In this document: positions 34,464 to 46,795 of the stretch, piece by piece | Layout of the letters: each line of letters starts with the position of its first letter | Position numbering within the stretch: position 1 is the first letter of the stretch | NCBI GenBank assembly: GCA_040437565.1 | Contig: JBDOQK010000034.1 | Span: 248,001 to 312,000 of the forward strand | Reading direction: 5' to 3' | DNA length: 64,000 bases | Origin: Albugo candida | Taxonomy: Eukaryota | Position numbers and translations under genes: made by a program | Notes under the pieces: model-generated | Seen by the model: only the letters and a program-made list of their open reading frames with translations | Told to the model about the DNA's origin: nothing | The model's database searches: none

Positions 34464-37400
34464 TTATTCCTTCATGAGTTGACCAAACATCTGCTCCAGC
34501 GAGACTTCAGATACCACGAAATGCTTGATGCCGAATGCACTCTTGTATTTCTTCAATACCGAAAACACTTGTGCGAGTCCAAATGCTTCGCTGCATGTCG
34601 TCTCATACACTACCGTTGTCCTGTGGAACATGTGCGCTGCTTGCTGCAAGTCCACCCGAGAGCGAAGAGCCGGGTTGCCTCCATGTGCTGTTATCCATAC
34701 AGTTTTGAATAAGTTTTCAATATCCAAAATGCACTCTTGTACGAGCCATTCTTGCAAAAAGAAATTGACGCAACGTTTTGCTTCTGGATCATCGACTGCA
34801 CTCTTTTCATCCGTTGTTTCCTGAAGACGGCTTAGCCATTCAGGTCTTTCAATTTGTGGGACTAGTTGAAAGCCATTGCAATTTGCACGATGCTCCCGGC
34901 ATTTGATCCATAATGACTCCAATTCCGCTGGTTGTAGCACTGCTCCAGTGTCTAAGTACTCTAAAGATCGGTTCTCTTGTATAAAACATTGATATTGATC
35001 CAAACAGGCTGCACTCCAGATCACGTCGGTATCGAGTTGCAGAGTAATAGATATGCTGACGGCAACACGTTGCTTTAATTCGGGAATACTACCAGACCAG
35101 GCGTGTTTGCTCAAATGCAGTATCACTGCGTTCGCACAAACTGCCTCGGCTTCTTCCATACTGTGAGTAGTAAACAAGCAACTCAAACTACTCGATTGCT
35201 GCTTTGACTTGAGGACGCGCCACAAAAGTCTGCGTGAAACCACGTCGACACCAGCAGAGGGTTCATCCAGTAATAGCACAGATATGTCCACATTAAGGAA
35301 ACTCAAAGCAAGCATCAGTCTTCGCTTGTTGCCTCCACTAAGATCCCCTGCTCGAGTATTTTCCACCTTGACGAGATCCAAACTCTGCAAAAGTCTGTTT
35401 ATTCGCTGTGACTGTATCTGAACACTGACGAAAGTGGCTTGCTCTTGTAGCATCACGAAAAGCTCGCAATGCTCCCGCACACTTAGCCTATCAAAAAGCA
35501 CGTTTACCTGAGGACAATAACCAAAGCGTGTAGCTGCTCTCTGAGGTTCCATAGTGACATCAATGCCATCCAAGTAAGCATGACCCGATGTCGGAGCCAG
35601 CCATCCCGTAAGAATCTCAAACATTGTGGATTTCCCCGAGCCATTCACGCCAAGTAGCGCCACACAATCATTTTCTTCCACAGAGAATGATACATCATTA
35701 AGGGCAATAACTTGACTTGAAGTGGTCCCTGTGCCTTGACTATTTGACGAAAGAACGGGTTCCTCTACACTTGGTGCCTTATTCCCATTGAAAATCTTTG
35801 TCACATGTTCCACCTCGATGCATTTGCTATTGAACTGCAAACTCCCCTCTTCGACATTTCTCGTATAGTTTTCTGAGCTGTATCCATTCCATCCCAGAGC
35901 AGAGTATATAAAAGCCTTACATTTCCGTAACAGATACTTTTGCGAGCCAGATGAGTGAATTTGCCACATATCGATACAAATGAACAAGGTCGAGTAGATG
36001 ATTGAGCAAACAATGAGCCACATAAAGCCTGAATAAGCCACATCCCAACTCCAAATACTGATGATCTTGTTCGTTTTTGTTGGTGATAAGATGGACGACA
36101 TCGCCTCAAGAGCCTCATCCGCATTGTCATCACTAAGCAGCTCGGTCAAATGCTCGCAATTCGATCGGAGTGAGGCCCAATTCATCGTGGCAATGGAGAA
36201 AATCGTCTGGCCATAGGAAAACAGGGGCAGTAGATGAAACAACCTGAAAAAACTATTGGCGGGACCACATATCATCGGTGTCATTGCGAGTATTTCGCTC
36301 AGCATGACGGCGAGAATCTGGAAAGATGTGAGGTAGGATACCACGGTTTGTGCCGAAGAATGAGAGCTGAAGCACATTGATAGGAGATATAAGAACGGAA
36401 TGATCGCGACGATGAATAAGACCGTGCTGATCATCAAAGCTGCTAGTACCGAAGGTTCAAATGCGGTCGGGTAGATCAATACAAGCTCGAGCATCATAAT
36501 CACAGCTGCAGCAAGAAAGCTGGTCAGGTCGAAGAAATAATGTGACAGCCAGTACGTGAGAAGGGGAAAACGATTACGCATATGCAGTAACTGAATTCGC
36601 TTCAGTCCAACTTCTTTTTCTTTCACCACAGCTGCGATGGAAAACGAGCAGATTGTGCTTAACGTCATCATCATTTGTATTGCCAGTACGATCCGACCAC
36701 TACTCCGCATCACCGTTTCAGACGTTAGGCTCTCCGCCAGGTCTTCTTCACCAGTTTGACCATTCTTCAGAGAAGTGGGATGGCGATTTTTGTGAGTCTC
36801 CATCTGAACATCCATTGCGCATGTATCTTTGGACGTCGAATTTACATCACATTGTGCATTCATGACATGTTGCACGAGTATCGGAAGTGAATGAACCACA
36901 CTTTTGTTATAAAACAAAACAGTGCGGAGCAATGGAACACTTTGATTCACAATTTTCTCGTTGTCCAGGAAAAGCGCGCCAATAAACGACTTTCCTTCAT
37001 ATTCTGGCGACAACATGAGAGACTTCAGATCACCAGAACGGCCGACATTCCAACGCATAACGATATCGAAAGGCACTGTATCAGCTGCGCTGTCATGATT
37101 GTTCAATGGAATCCGTGCGCGTCTGATAGACTCCAGAAACCAGTCAAATGGAGCGTTGTTCGACGATGTTAAAACATGCTTCGCCGACGGAGTACCAATC
37201 AAAAGTGACGAAGAAGTAGCTTGTGAGAGACGCAGCGAAGTAATTTCTTGCATCGGTTGCTGCAAGCTTGTAAGAAGATGTTGCGCCATTGAAACGAACA
37301 TCATAAACATCATCAATGGCCACACAAATTGCGCAGCGAGATTTCGTTTGTCTCGCACTGTGACTCGGAATCTTTTGATAACAAGTGCGTAGAAGGCCTG

Positions 37401-40400
37401 CCATAAACTTGAATCAAGAGGTGATGAAAGCAAAGTATCAGTCATGGGAGACGATAAATCAGTGCTGATTTTGTCGTTGGTAGCGTCGATAGCATCTACA
37501 GAGTTGTAAATGTCTTCACCCTTGGTCACGCGCACAAAAACGTCTTCCAAATCCGTCGCACGCAAAGCGTATCGATCAATTAGCCGACGTTTTTTCAAGT
37601 GTTCTAATTCTTCAAATAGTAAAATGAGCTGACTTTCAAACGCGTCTTGCTCAATTTGTACATCAGACTCATTCGTGCCGGTTATAGGATGCCCAAGATT
37701 ATAACGAGTCTCCCATTTTGATGTACTCACGAGTGTTGCTGTCGGTATAAACATACGAATCCAGTTTTCGGTCGCTTTGAAAGACGAAGAGGCTAGAAAT
37801 GAATCCTTATGACCACCCATAAACTCTTCATCCTTTTTGTGCTTTGTGGGCGCAATTGTATGGACAATCGTCAGCTTGTATCCGACCCCAAATCTTTGTC
37901 TCAAAAAAAGGCTGGACCCACAGCATTTTAGTTCCCCATCTGCAACGATGCCAATGTTACCACAAAGAGCTTGTGCTTCTTCCATGGCATGCGTAGTCAA
38001 GATGACAGCACGATCCGATACGACCGATCGTATTGCCTCCCATGTCTCAATACGAGCGTGCAAATCCATTCCTGCGGTTGGTTCATCCAGTAGTACTAAT
38101 TTGGAGTCATCTAGTAAAGCCAACACTAGAGACAGTCGACGTTTTTGACCACCAGAAAGTGTCTCAGCCAAAGCATCTAATTTGGCTGTAAGGCCAAATT
38201 GGTGGAGTTTAGTATAGCACGCTGCAAGTGCCAGTGTCGATATACCAAGTGCACTCTTAATCGCCAGAACAAGTTGCATGTGCTCTCTTACGCTCAATTT
38301 GTTAAAGATCAAGTTTTGTTGAAAGCAAACACTCAAACTTTTGCGCACTAGTAATGGTTCATGGACAACACTGACGCAATCATCTTCTAGGTCAAGACCG
38401 TGCTTGATAGAGGAAACCTTAATGCCGGCTGTTGACGTGGCAACGAATGCATTCCCACTTGTCGGAGATAGAAGACCACATAATACTGACAACGTCGTGC
38501 TTTTGCCTGCTCCATTAGGTCCGAGCAATCCAAAAATCTCTCCTCTTTCCACGCAAAACGAAACATTTTTTACTGCTTTGGTACCATTTGGGTACTCCTT
38601 CATTAGATTGGATACAAAAAGCATGAGATTTTGTCGCTCCAGTGTCTCTTCAAGTGGGATTTCTCGAATTGTTTTGCACTCATTGTTGTCGTCAAGTGGG
38701 TGGTCTGACTCCAATGTCATAGACACAGCGGCGGTAATATCTCCCTCTGCATCGTCACAATCGATAGCACTAGCTGGATGTGCTCTGTCGAATGTCTGGT
38801 AACGTTTGGCTAGCTTGCTTCGTGAACGACCAAAGAATGTGCCATTCGGAAACCAGAAGGATGGTTGAATTGGAAAATACCACTTCAATCGTACTCCATT
38901 TGGTCGAGGAAGTACTTGCTCCAAGTAATAGCCAAGCACTAAATATCCAATACTTTGTAAAAACATCGTCCAACATGCTTCAGATATCGTTCCCCAGTCA
39001 ATAAATTGCAATTTTTCGGCCGGGGTATCGTTTCCAACGATTCCTCCAAGACTTTGAGCTTCTGGATGCTTATCCTTGACCAGTTTCAAAATGCGATGAA
39101 GGCAGTTCATAAATACCACAGGAGAGCTTATAGCGTTAAAGAACTGAAAATGCACCCGAATCATCCAGGATGTAGCCAAAATTTCAGAATCCACCAATGA
39201 TTGTAACCAGGGCACCGCACATAATAGCAAATAGATCAGTGGAGCTCCAGCGGCGGCGGTTTTTGCTTGCTGGAAAATTGGTGTGATTGCAAGTGCGAGT
39301 AGAAGCACACTTATCCCAAATATCAGTACCAAAACTGCAAAATTCAAGCTTGACATACTCTGAAAAGTATCAAAAAAACTGGGCAAATCTGATGGAGAGG
39401 CAGCTACAGCAAACATTCCACCTCCTAGGAACGCAACGGCAAGAGCGACAATGACAATCAATGCCACCAAGTATAATAAAAACCAGCTTAGCAATAGAGA
39501 CATAGGATGCAGCCCCATGATTAACAAGTACTCTTTGAGCTGGTTCTCTTTTTCAGCCACAATGTCACGTACAAGCCGAGAGAATGGCCACAAAAATACA
39601 TACACCATGTAGAATACGATGGAGCTTTCGAGTGGTCCTGCGCGGAATTTGCTGGGTCGAGTCGGTACATATTCTACGTCGCTGATCTTTACCTTGTGAT
39701 CACCATTGCCATCAAATACTGTTCCAATTTGACGAAATGAAATAAGTCTTCTTAAAGACACGATAATTGCGGCTGACAATGTTCGCTGAACTTGCAGATT
39801 TCTCAACTTTTCCTGACAATTTTTTGCCGAAGTCATAATGTACAGCGGAAAATCAAAAATCATGTCTTCCCATCGATAATGCACTAATTTCAGCATGTCA
39901 TCGAGAACTATACAAGCATCTTCGAGATGATTTGATTCGACATTATGTACTTTTGTTCTGATGGGATTGCTTCGTTGCGATAAGAACTGATCCCAGGAGA
40001 TTTGAAAAGGAAGAATAGAGGGAAACACAAGTGTTTTCTTCGATTTCACAGGCCTCATTTGACGCTGCTTTCGTGAGAAATACATGTCCCATTGATCCGT
40101 CTGCTGTTCCTGCTTTGTACCGAATTCTTCCAGTGACATCTTCGGCTCTGACGCAAATGACATGGTTAGTTGAATCGTATCATCCGAAGACGCTGGTTCA
40201 GCTCCCATTATTGCATAAACGCGTTCATTTCCTGTCAGCTTTTTCTTCAAATCTTCTACCTGAAGCGATATCGATTCCCATTTATCACTCTTAGGTAAAA
40301 ATACAGCGTGATCCCGGACTGTAGGGATTCCCAAGTCTTTTGCAATTTCGTACTCTCTGAGTACAACTGATTAGACACAATGATCGATGATATATTACTT

Positions 40401-41531
40401 CTTACCTTTCAAGGTATCGGATAAATTCCGTGGTGAGATTATTCTGGATAACCCAAATACTTTGATTCGCCTTTTCTAATGTGAAAGGCAACGCTGTCAT
40501 CAGCAATAAGCTTTGATANNNNNNNNNNNNNNNNNNNNNNNNNNNNNNNNNNNNNNNNNNNNNNNNNNNNNNNNNNNNNNNNNNNNNNNNNNNNNNNNNN
40601 NNNNNNNNNNNNNNNNNNGTCTTCCCATCGATAATGCACTAATTTCAGCATGTCATCGAGAACTATACAAGCATCTTCGAGATGGTTCGATTCGACATTA
40701 TGTACTTTTGTTTTGATGGGATTGCTTCGTTGCGATAAGAACTGATCCCAGGAGATTTGAAAAGGAAGAATAGAGGGAAATACAAGTGTTTTCTTCGATT
40801 TCACAGGCATCATTTGACGCTGCTTTCGTGAGAAATACATGTCCCATTGATCCGTCTGCTGTTCCTGCTTTGTTCCGAAATCTTCCAGTGACATCTTCGG
40901 CTCTGACGCAAATGACATGGTTAGTTGAATCGTATCATCTGAAGACGCTGTTTCAGCTCCCATTATTGCATAAACGCGTTCATTTCCTGTCAGGTTTTTC
41001 TTCAGATCTTCTACCTGGAGCGATATTGATTCCCATTTATCACTCTTAGGTAAAAATACAGCGTGATCACTGACTGTAGGAATTCCCAAGTCTTTTGCAA
41101 TTTCGTGCTCTCTGAGTACAACTGATTAGACACAATGATCGATGATATATTACTTCTTACCTTTCAAGGTATCGGATAAATTCCGTGGTGAGATTATTCT
41201 GGATAATCCAAATACTTTGATTCGCCTTTTCTAATGTGAAAGGCAACGCTGTCATCAGCAATAAGCTTTGATAGGACAGATTCGCATTGGTGTGCTTGAT
41301 CCCTTGTAATAAGCTTTCATTATTGTCAGGGATCGATTGGGTCAATGACAAGTTGTACGAGCATAAAAGCGAGATGATGTAAAATAAAAAAGAAATTGGC
41401 AGAACCACATCGGCCAAAAGAGGAGGGAGAATCCAACGATCACGGCCTTTGTTCTTAAATTTGAAGAGTGTGCTGTCCCGTTGCTTGACCCGCCAATTTT
41501 TCCAAAAAAGTGCACACACGCCAGCCCACAT
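34464..41531 (-). CDS. ABCA: ABCA-family full-length ABC transporter
   Basis: N-terminal ALFWKNWRVKQR; two NBDs (GPNGAGKST/LSGGQKRRL/LLDEPTAGMD and GVNGSGKST/LSGGNKRRL/LLDEPSAGVD); IVAEKENQLKEYL and VKEKEVGLKRIQ motifs; one short intron after exon 1 (ends 41161). Interrupted by a gap with a 655-bp duplication. Confidence 0.93.
39864..41273. repeat. Assembly gap (N 40519-40618) with diverged 655-bp duplicated flanks (39864-40518 vs 40619-41273)
   Basis: Offset 755; about 18 substitutions counted by eye between the copies. Confidence 0.9.
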
Positions 41532-42159
41532 GCGATGTCTAAATGTTTGTGAAGTAGAGGTAGAATAACTACGTTTTTGATTCGTTGATAGTATGTTCTG
41601 ATGTAAAAACGGCGCATTTAAGGCTGAAATATCCGGGTGGGTATTTTGATTGTAGTGGGTGAGTATCGTTCTGAACACACTGGTCGAACATTAACGAACA
41701 TGATGGTTCGGGAGGGTTAAGACAGGCGAGATTGCAGTAAAAGTATGGATGCACAAACAGTCCAACCACATAAACCTGACTAACATGTGGCAAATTGGTA
41801 GCTTTGGATTGGCAGATGGATATCATCGCCAATCTCAACGTATTGACTATTTTGTGGATAAAAGGACGCGAAAGTTACTGCTGTGTATAAATGTACGTAT
41901 GTGATTTGAGCCTTAATGCAACGATACTCGCGTTTCGATATTCGATTTTAATATAAGGATTACAAGCTGTCATGGAAGATCAAATCCTTTAGAAAAGAGC
42001 GCACATGCACATTCCTAACAGATTACTTCCAAGTCCTTTACCCTATAACATACGATGTAAAATTGCTACACTAAAACCTTTGACGCGGACTTTGCACCAT
42101 TGCATACACAATTTCATACACTCATTCAACTGACTTTGACAACACTTTCTAGCAAACGA

Positions 42160-43707
42160 ATGTTTAGAAAAAAAAGTAGTGCAATCATTTCACTCACATC
42201 TTCGTCCACAAGTTGTTCAATTCATGATCCAATGGCCCATACTCAATCCATTTCAACAGATTATGACCGTATTCAGTACTCCAATTCAGTGAGAATTCTG
42301 CATAAAGGATACCTCACCACCAAAAGAGGATTGCTCAAGGCAGACAGCTGCGACTACTACTTCCTTATGGAAAATAATCCACGCTTATTTACGTTCAAAG
42401 ACGAGACTTGTTTTGAGCGATGGGTTGCCTTATGCCGACCGTGGCTGAATCCGAAAGTAGGTGACGGTATCACTGAACCCAGATATGTGTGCACAGTAAT
42501 TCGTGCTGACCGAACAGTTGGTGGTATCCATTCAAAAGGTCATGGAATAACGATACTAGAAGGTCCTGCAGCCAAGTTTATTTCACGAAACTTGATTACG
42601 ACATCGCGGCCCTCTTGTGATGTTTGGCTTGAAGCCTTTCGTAAGGTACAACTGCAAAAACATGAAAATGCCAAGTATGTGTCAGCATCGTCATTATCGC
42701 AGCCTAAAGTCCTCAAAACGGTTGGAAGTACGCAAAATTGCTTGTCACCCGCGCACAACTCGCGTGACTCGCACCAGTCCACGCCCAAATTTGCCACTGA
42801 ATGCGAAAACGAGGCCGGTAAGCGTTGTCGTGGATCGGTCGTATCGTCCGAGAGAAGCGATTTGGATTCATCAAGTAGTCCATCAATGACAGAGTCGTCT
42901 AGTTACAAATCGGACTTCATGAAGACCAGGCAGCTTTCACAACAAAATGATAAAGTTCTTCTGTTTGTGCCTGGAGCAATATCGACGCTGTCAACCAACA
43001 GTACCAAATTGTGCACGGCAAGGGCTGAGCTGGGAAAGCTTTTGAAAAGCGGTAAACAGCGACCCTCACGAAGAGGCTTGAGTGCTGATGAAGTGCAGCA
43101 AGTGCAATGGCGTTATGGTGTACCCGATTTTATACTATACGATATTACATACATTCGAGGGAAAACCCGGAATGATCAGTGCACCCCATTAGAGAGTTAT
43201 ATCGAAAGCTGCTGTCATAGCTTCATTATGGACAGCACCTACAAATGTAAATATCAAGACTGGGTCAGTGTTCAACAGAATCAATTCTACATTACAGTCA
43301 ATGATGGCGAAAAGATCGATGGGAGCCTCATTCAGGAAAATGATATGTTTGGGTTACTTTATCTCAACGAGTTCCAGGATTGGGCTGAAGGAAGTAATGA
43401 CGAGGGGCAAAAGGCACAGAGTTTACTAGCTTCTGCTTTTCCTGAAGGATTTCCGATGGAAGTTTTGGATGTTTACTCGCAACCTCCAAGATGTCATTTC
43501 GCATGGCGTCATTGGGGTCCTTTTTGTGGTCGATACAAAGGTGTCAAAGGAGACAACCGTATAATTGAAATCCGTGGATTCGCTTATGTCGAAATCGACT
43601 CTTGTCGAATGCTAAGCCTAGATATATATTATAAAGCACAGAGTCTTTTCAAGGCTCTCGACGACGCCCGGGAAGAAATATTACAAAAGGGTATCACTGA
43701 CCACTGA
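42160..43707 (+). CDS. PH-like domain + plant 'pathogen-related protein'/SnoaL-like domain fusion
   Basis: N-terminal ILHKGYLTTKRGLLK...YYFL...CDVWLEAFRKV. C-terminal WRYGVPDF..Y..GKT...LE...AFPEGFPMEVLDVYSQPP...FAWRHWGPF.G.YKG..G. The ORF opens at 42100; first ATG is 42160. Confidence 0.75.
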   Translation: MFRKKSSAIISLTSSSTSCSIHDPMAHTQSISTDYDRIQYSNSVRILHKGYLTTKRGLLKADSCDYYFLMENNPRLFTFKDETCFERWVALCRPWLNPKVGDGITEPRYVCTVIRADRTVGGIHSKGHGITILEGPAAKFISRNLITTSRPSCDVWLEAFRKVQLQKHENAKYVSASSLSQPKVLKTVGSTQNCLSPAHNSRDSHQSTPKFATECENEAGKRCRGSVVSSERSDLDSSSSPSMTESSSYKSDFMKTRQLSQQNDKVLLFVPGAISTLSTNSTKLCTARAELGKLLKSGKQRPSRRGLSADEVQQVQWRYGVPDFILYDITYIRGKTRNDQCTPLESYIESCCHSFIMDSTYKCKYQDWVSVQQNQFYITVNDGEKIDGSLIQENDMFGLLYLNEFQDWAEGSNDEGQKAQSLLASAFPEGFPMEVLDVYSQPPRCHFAWRHWGPFCGRYKGVKGDNRIIEIRGFAYVEIDSCRMLSLDIYYKAQSLFKALDDAREEILQKGITDH

Positions 43708-43799
43708 TTCTCAGGTTTTTTATGTGACAGATGTAACATTGCACATAGTGAGTCACCAGTGCTTATTCCCCTCGATTAGTTCACTATCTATCACCAAAA

Positions 43800-46295
43800 C
43801 TACGAGGAAATATGATGATCTTGAATTCGATATGACTTTGATCTTGTGAATTTTGGCCTAAAGTATTGCTTCGTGCTTGTTGGATTCTGTTGATACAATT
43901 CTTCGGGTTTTGTTCTAGATACTGAGAATGCTCGAAGTAGCTGTGTATTGCTGGTCGCTTTCCTAAGATGAGATTTGTATGATTTGGTATCATTTTTTGC
44001 TTTGCTCTGACTGTCAAATACAGTCAGTTTGCGTTTATTTTGTTGCTGCGCCAGTTGCAGAAACGGATTTTGTAGCCCGATCTCGTCCGCTTGCCATATA
44101 CGTGGTTGAGTCGGTGATTCCAGTATAACCGTCCTACTCGAATCATGAGTGGATTCACCAGTGACATTGTCAAATGAATTTGTAGCGTGACCATCTATAG
44201 ACATGCAAGAGTCGGGGAATTTGGAGCTGAATGTAGGCCTGGACGTTGGATATTCTGGGTAATGGTATGCGATTGAGCTACTTCGAGCAACCTCTTCTTG
44301 GAGCCTCAACAACTGACTTTCAGTAATTGATCGTGAGCTTTCGAAATCATCTGGTTCTGATTCTTCCATTATGGTTCCGCGAGTACTGGCGAAATCTGGA
44401 TAGCATTTAATGATACATGACTCGGAATGATTTGAGTATGACTTTTCGAATGAGGGTGTGTGCGTCGAACCCGGGGAAAATGCGAGTGAGCTAAATTGTG
44501 GAGTCTCCTGTCCAAGTAGGCTTTCGACATTTCTTCGCTCAGCTTGCAACTCCGCATCACGTCGCTGCTGAATAGATGTCATGCATTTGACACAGAATTT
44601 TTCTTGTCGTGGCATGGAATACATAGTCGCATATCGTTGTTGCACATTAAGCAAACTAGACATGCTCCAACTAGATTCAATATTCCGTGATAGCCTTTCA
44701 CTTGTTGGTTCAGACTTCACACAGTATGGTAGTGTAAGGGTGCAATTGGAACACATGACCTCACCGCATATTCTGCAGTGATGACGGTGCCGCTTCATGA
44801 AGGTAAATGCTTTGGTGCACACGGTACACATTCTTCTCTCACGATCAGGAACCCATCTTTGGTCTTTGGCCACAAGTTGATGGGATGTGATATACTTGAC
44901 ATCAGCGCACCCTTCAAAACTAGTGATCACTGGCATCATGTAGGATAGATATGCATTTCCAAGCCATGAAGAAACTTGGCTACAAGGATCAATACATCCC
45001 TCTGCAAATATCTGGACCGAATTTGTACTGTAATCATATTTGNNNNNNNNNNNNNNNNNNNNNNNNNNNNNNNNNNNNNNNNNNNNNNNNNNNNNNNNNN
45101 NNNNNNNNNNNNNNNNNNNNNNNNNNNNNNNNNNNNNNNNNNCAATACATCCCTCTGCAAATATCTGGACCGAATTTGTACTGTAATCATATTTGTACAG
45201 CGATATACAAGAGAGAAATCCTCGAACGAGGTCGAAATCATTTCGCTTGCTTGGTACCACGTTCTCACGGACTGAGTGTAATATTCGCACCAAGATTTTA
45301 TCTCCATGCTGATCATATATGACTTTCAGATACTCGAAGAAAGCAAAATCACGATTCGAAACCATCATTCCCATTCTCGCGGAGCAAGCTATCCACTTCA
45401 CCGCAAAGAAGCGAAATCCTTTGGTCTCTTGCAACGATATATCTGGATCCCCGGCGGTGTTCTCGCCACCTCCATCGACTACATTCAGGACCGCAGCGTC
45501 CAAATAATGGTCACGAAAGAGATAGGAGGAGATTACACGATATTCAGGTGTTGTGGAACACTTCAGCACGTATTCAATATTTTCAAGTGAGTTGGCGCTA
45601 ATATGTCCCATGCACATGAACTGCCTATGTGCCGTGTCGACGTTGGTACTCAATTTACGACGATAAATGTTCAGATTCGGCAAAGAGTAATGAACTTTCC
45701 AGTCTGCCGGACTCGGAACCATTGCGATGGTGTCATTCCACAGCAAATGACCCTTTTCTTCTAAAAGAGTCGAAAGCATTTTTTCGCTGATTTTTTCCAT
45801 ATCCTCAATGTTTTTTGCCGTTAGATTTGCGTGTGGAACGCGATCATGTATCGTACCAAACTGGGGTTTACCTAAGGAGCTTTGAGGTTCAGATGTATGA
45901 CAAGATGAAGATTTTGTGGACAGGTCGTGATGAGGGTATTGAAGACTCGTACTATTTGCAGATGGGCTATCATTAACGAGACGAGGTGTTTCCAATCGGC
46001 TAGAGGCTGTGCGACCCCTATCCAGAGTATGAGTTCCACGAGAGCTTGTGGAAAGGAGTTGAGCTTGATGTAAGCGACTTCGGAATCCTGCACTGCTGCT
46101 GCCACTTGAGCGTTGTCGATTCATTTGTCGAGTTGAGAGATCTCCGATTCGATTGCTGGATGGGTCTGAAAAATAATTCTCGTCGTCTTCCATTATATCG
46201 TCACAGAGCTCATGCATGATTTTCTGACGTTTATGACGTCCATGACGATCTTTCATACTTCTTGGACCAGGAAGCAACTTTCGAAGAGATACCAT
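43800..46295 (-). CDS. START-like + FYVE zinc-finger protein (oomycete-expanded family), ~780 aa after collapsing the overlap
   Basis: START-like WKVH..LNIYRR...LDAAVL...FAVKW...NRDFAFFE; FYVE WVPDRERRMCTVC..F....RHHCRICGEVMCSNC...FCVKC. Gap 45043-45142 has a 53-bp overlap. Confidence 0.88.
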   Translation of the reverse strand: MVSLRKLLPGPRSMKDRHGRHKRQKIMHELCDDIMEDDENYFSDPSSNRIGDLSTRQMNRQRSSGSSSAGFRSRLHQAQLLSTSSRGTHTLDRGRTASSRLETPRLVNDSPSANSTSLQYPHHDLSTKSSSCHTSEPQSSLGKPQFGTIHDRVPHANLTAKNIEDMEKISEKMLSTLLEEKGHLLWNDTIAMVPSPADWKVHYSLPNLNIYRRKLSTNVDTAHRQFMCMGHISANSLENIEYVLKCSTTPEYRVISSYLFRDHYLDAAVLNVVDGGGENTAGDPDISLQETKGFRFFAVKWIACSARMGMMVSNRDFAFFEYLKVIYDQHGDKILVRILHSVRENVVPSKRNDFDLVRGFLSCISLYKYDYSTNSVQIFAEGCIXXXXXXXXXXXXXXXXXXXXXXXXXXXXXXXXXXKYDYSTNSVQIFAEGCIDPCSQVSSWLGNAYLSYMMPVITSFEGCADVKYITSHQLVAKDQRWVPDRERRMCTVCTKAFTFMKRHRHHCRICGEVMCSNCTLTLPYCVKSEPTSERLSRNIESSWSMSSLLNVQQRYATMYSMPRQEKFCVKCMTSIQQRRDAELQAERRNVESLLGQETPQFSSLAFSPGSTHTPSFEKSYSNHSESCIIKCYPDFASTRGTIMEESEPDDFESSRSITESQLLRLQEEVARSSSIAYHYPEYPTSRPTFSSKFPDSCMSIDGHATNSFDNVTGESTHDSSRTVILESPTQPRIWQADEIGLQNPFLQLAQQQNKRKLTVFDSQSKAKNDTKSYKSHLRKATSNTQLLRAFSVSRTKPEELYQQNPTSTKQYFRPKFTRSKSYRIQDHHISS

Positions 46296-46795
46296 TCTAA
46301 GCTACACTATGAACTAAAATGAAAAGTGCCTAAAGTCATGTCAACTTGATTCAGGTCATTTTCACATACGTATTTGTAATCCGTGGAAAGAAAATTAATC
46401 GAAGTGTAGGTTCGTGAATTGCTCAGACGGAAGCATCGTTTAAGTATTGCTGGCTTGGACATAGGCGAATGAAATAGGGCTAACGACATACTTTAATTCG
46501 ACCAGTCAGATTCCCACGAAGAGTCAGTCAACGACATCAGTAGAAAACACAATAGAAGCAAGTACTGTGAAGCTGACGATCTGTTGATGTTCGACATCTG
46601 GCGTGATAGTCAACACGTTTCGAAATTCAGAATGTATATCGCATGAGATGTTTTGCTTCTATTATCTCGCCCATTTTCGGCAACACATCTAATTATGTGC
46701 ACGCTTATCTGCGTGCGATGTCAACATTGTTGTATGTGAAAAAGAAGCGCGAATTGCGTCTTCTAGCACCAGAGTCAATTGAATAAAAAAGTCAT

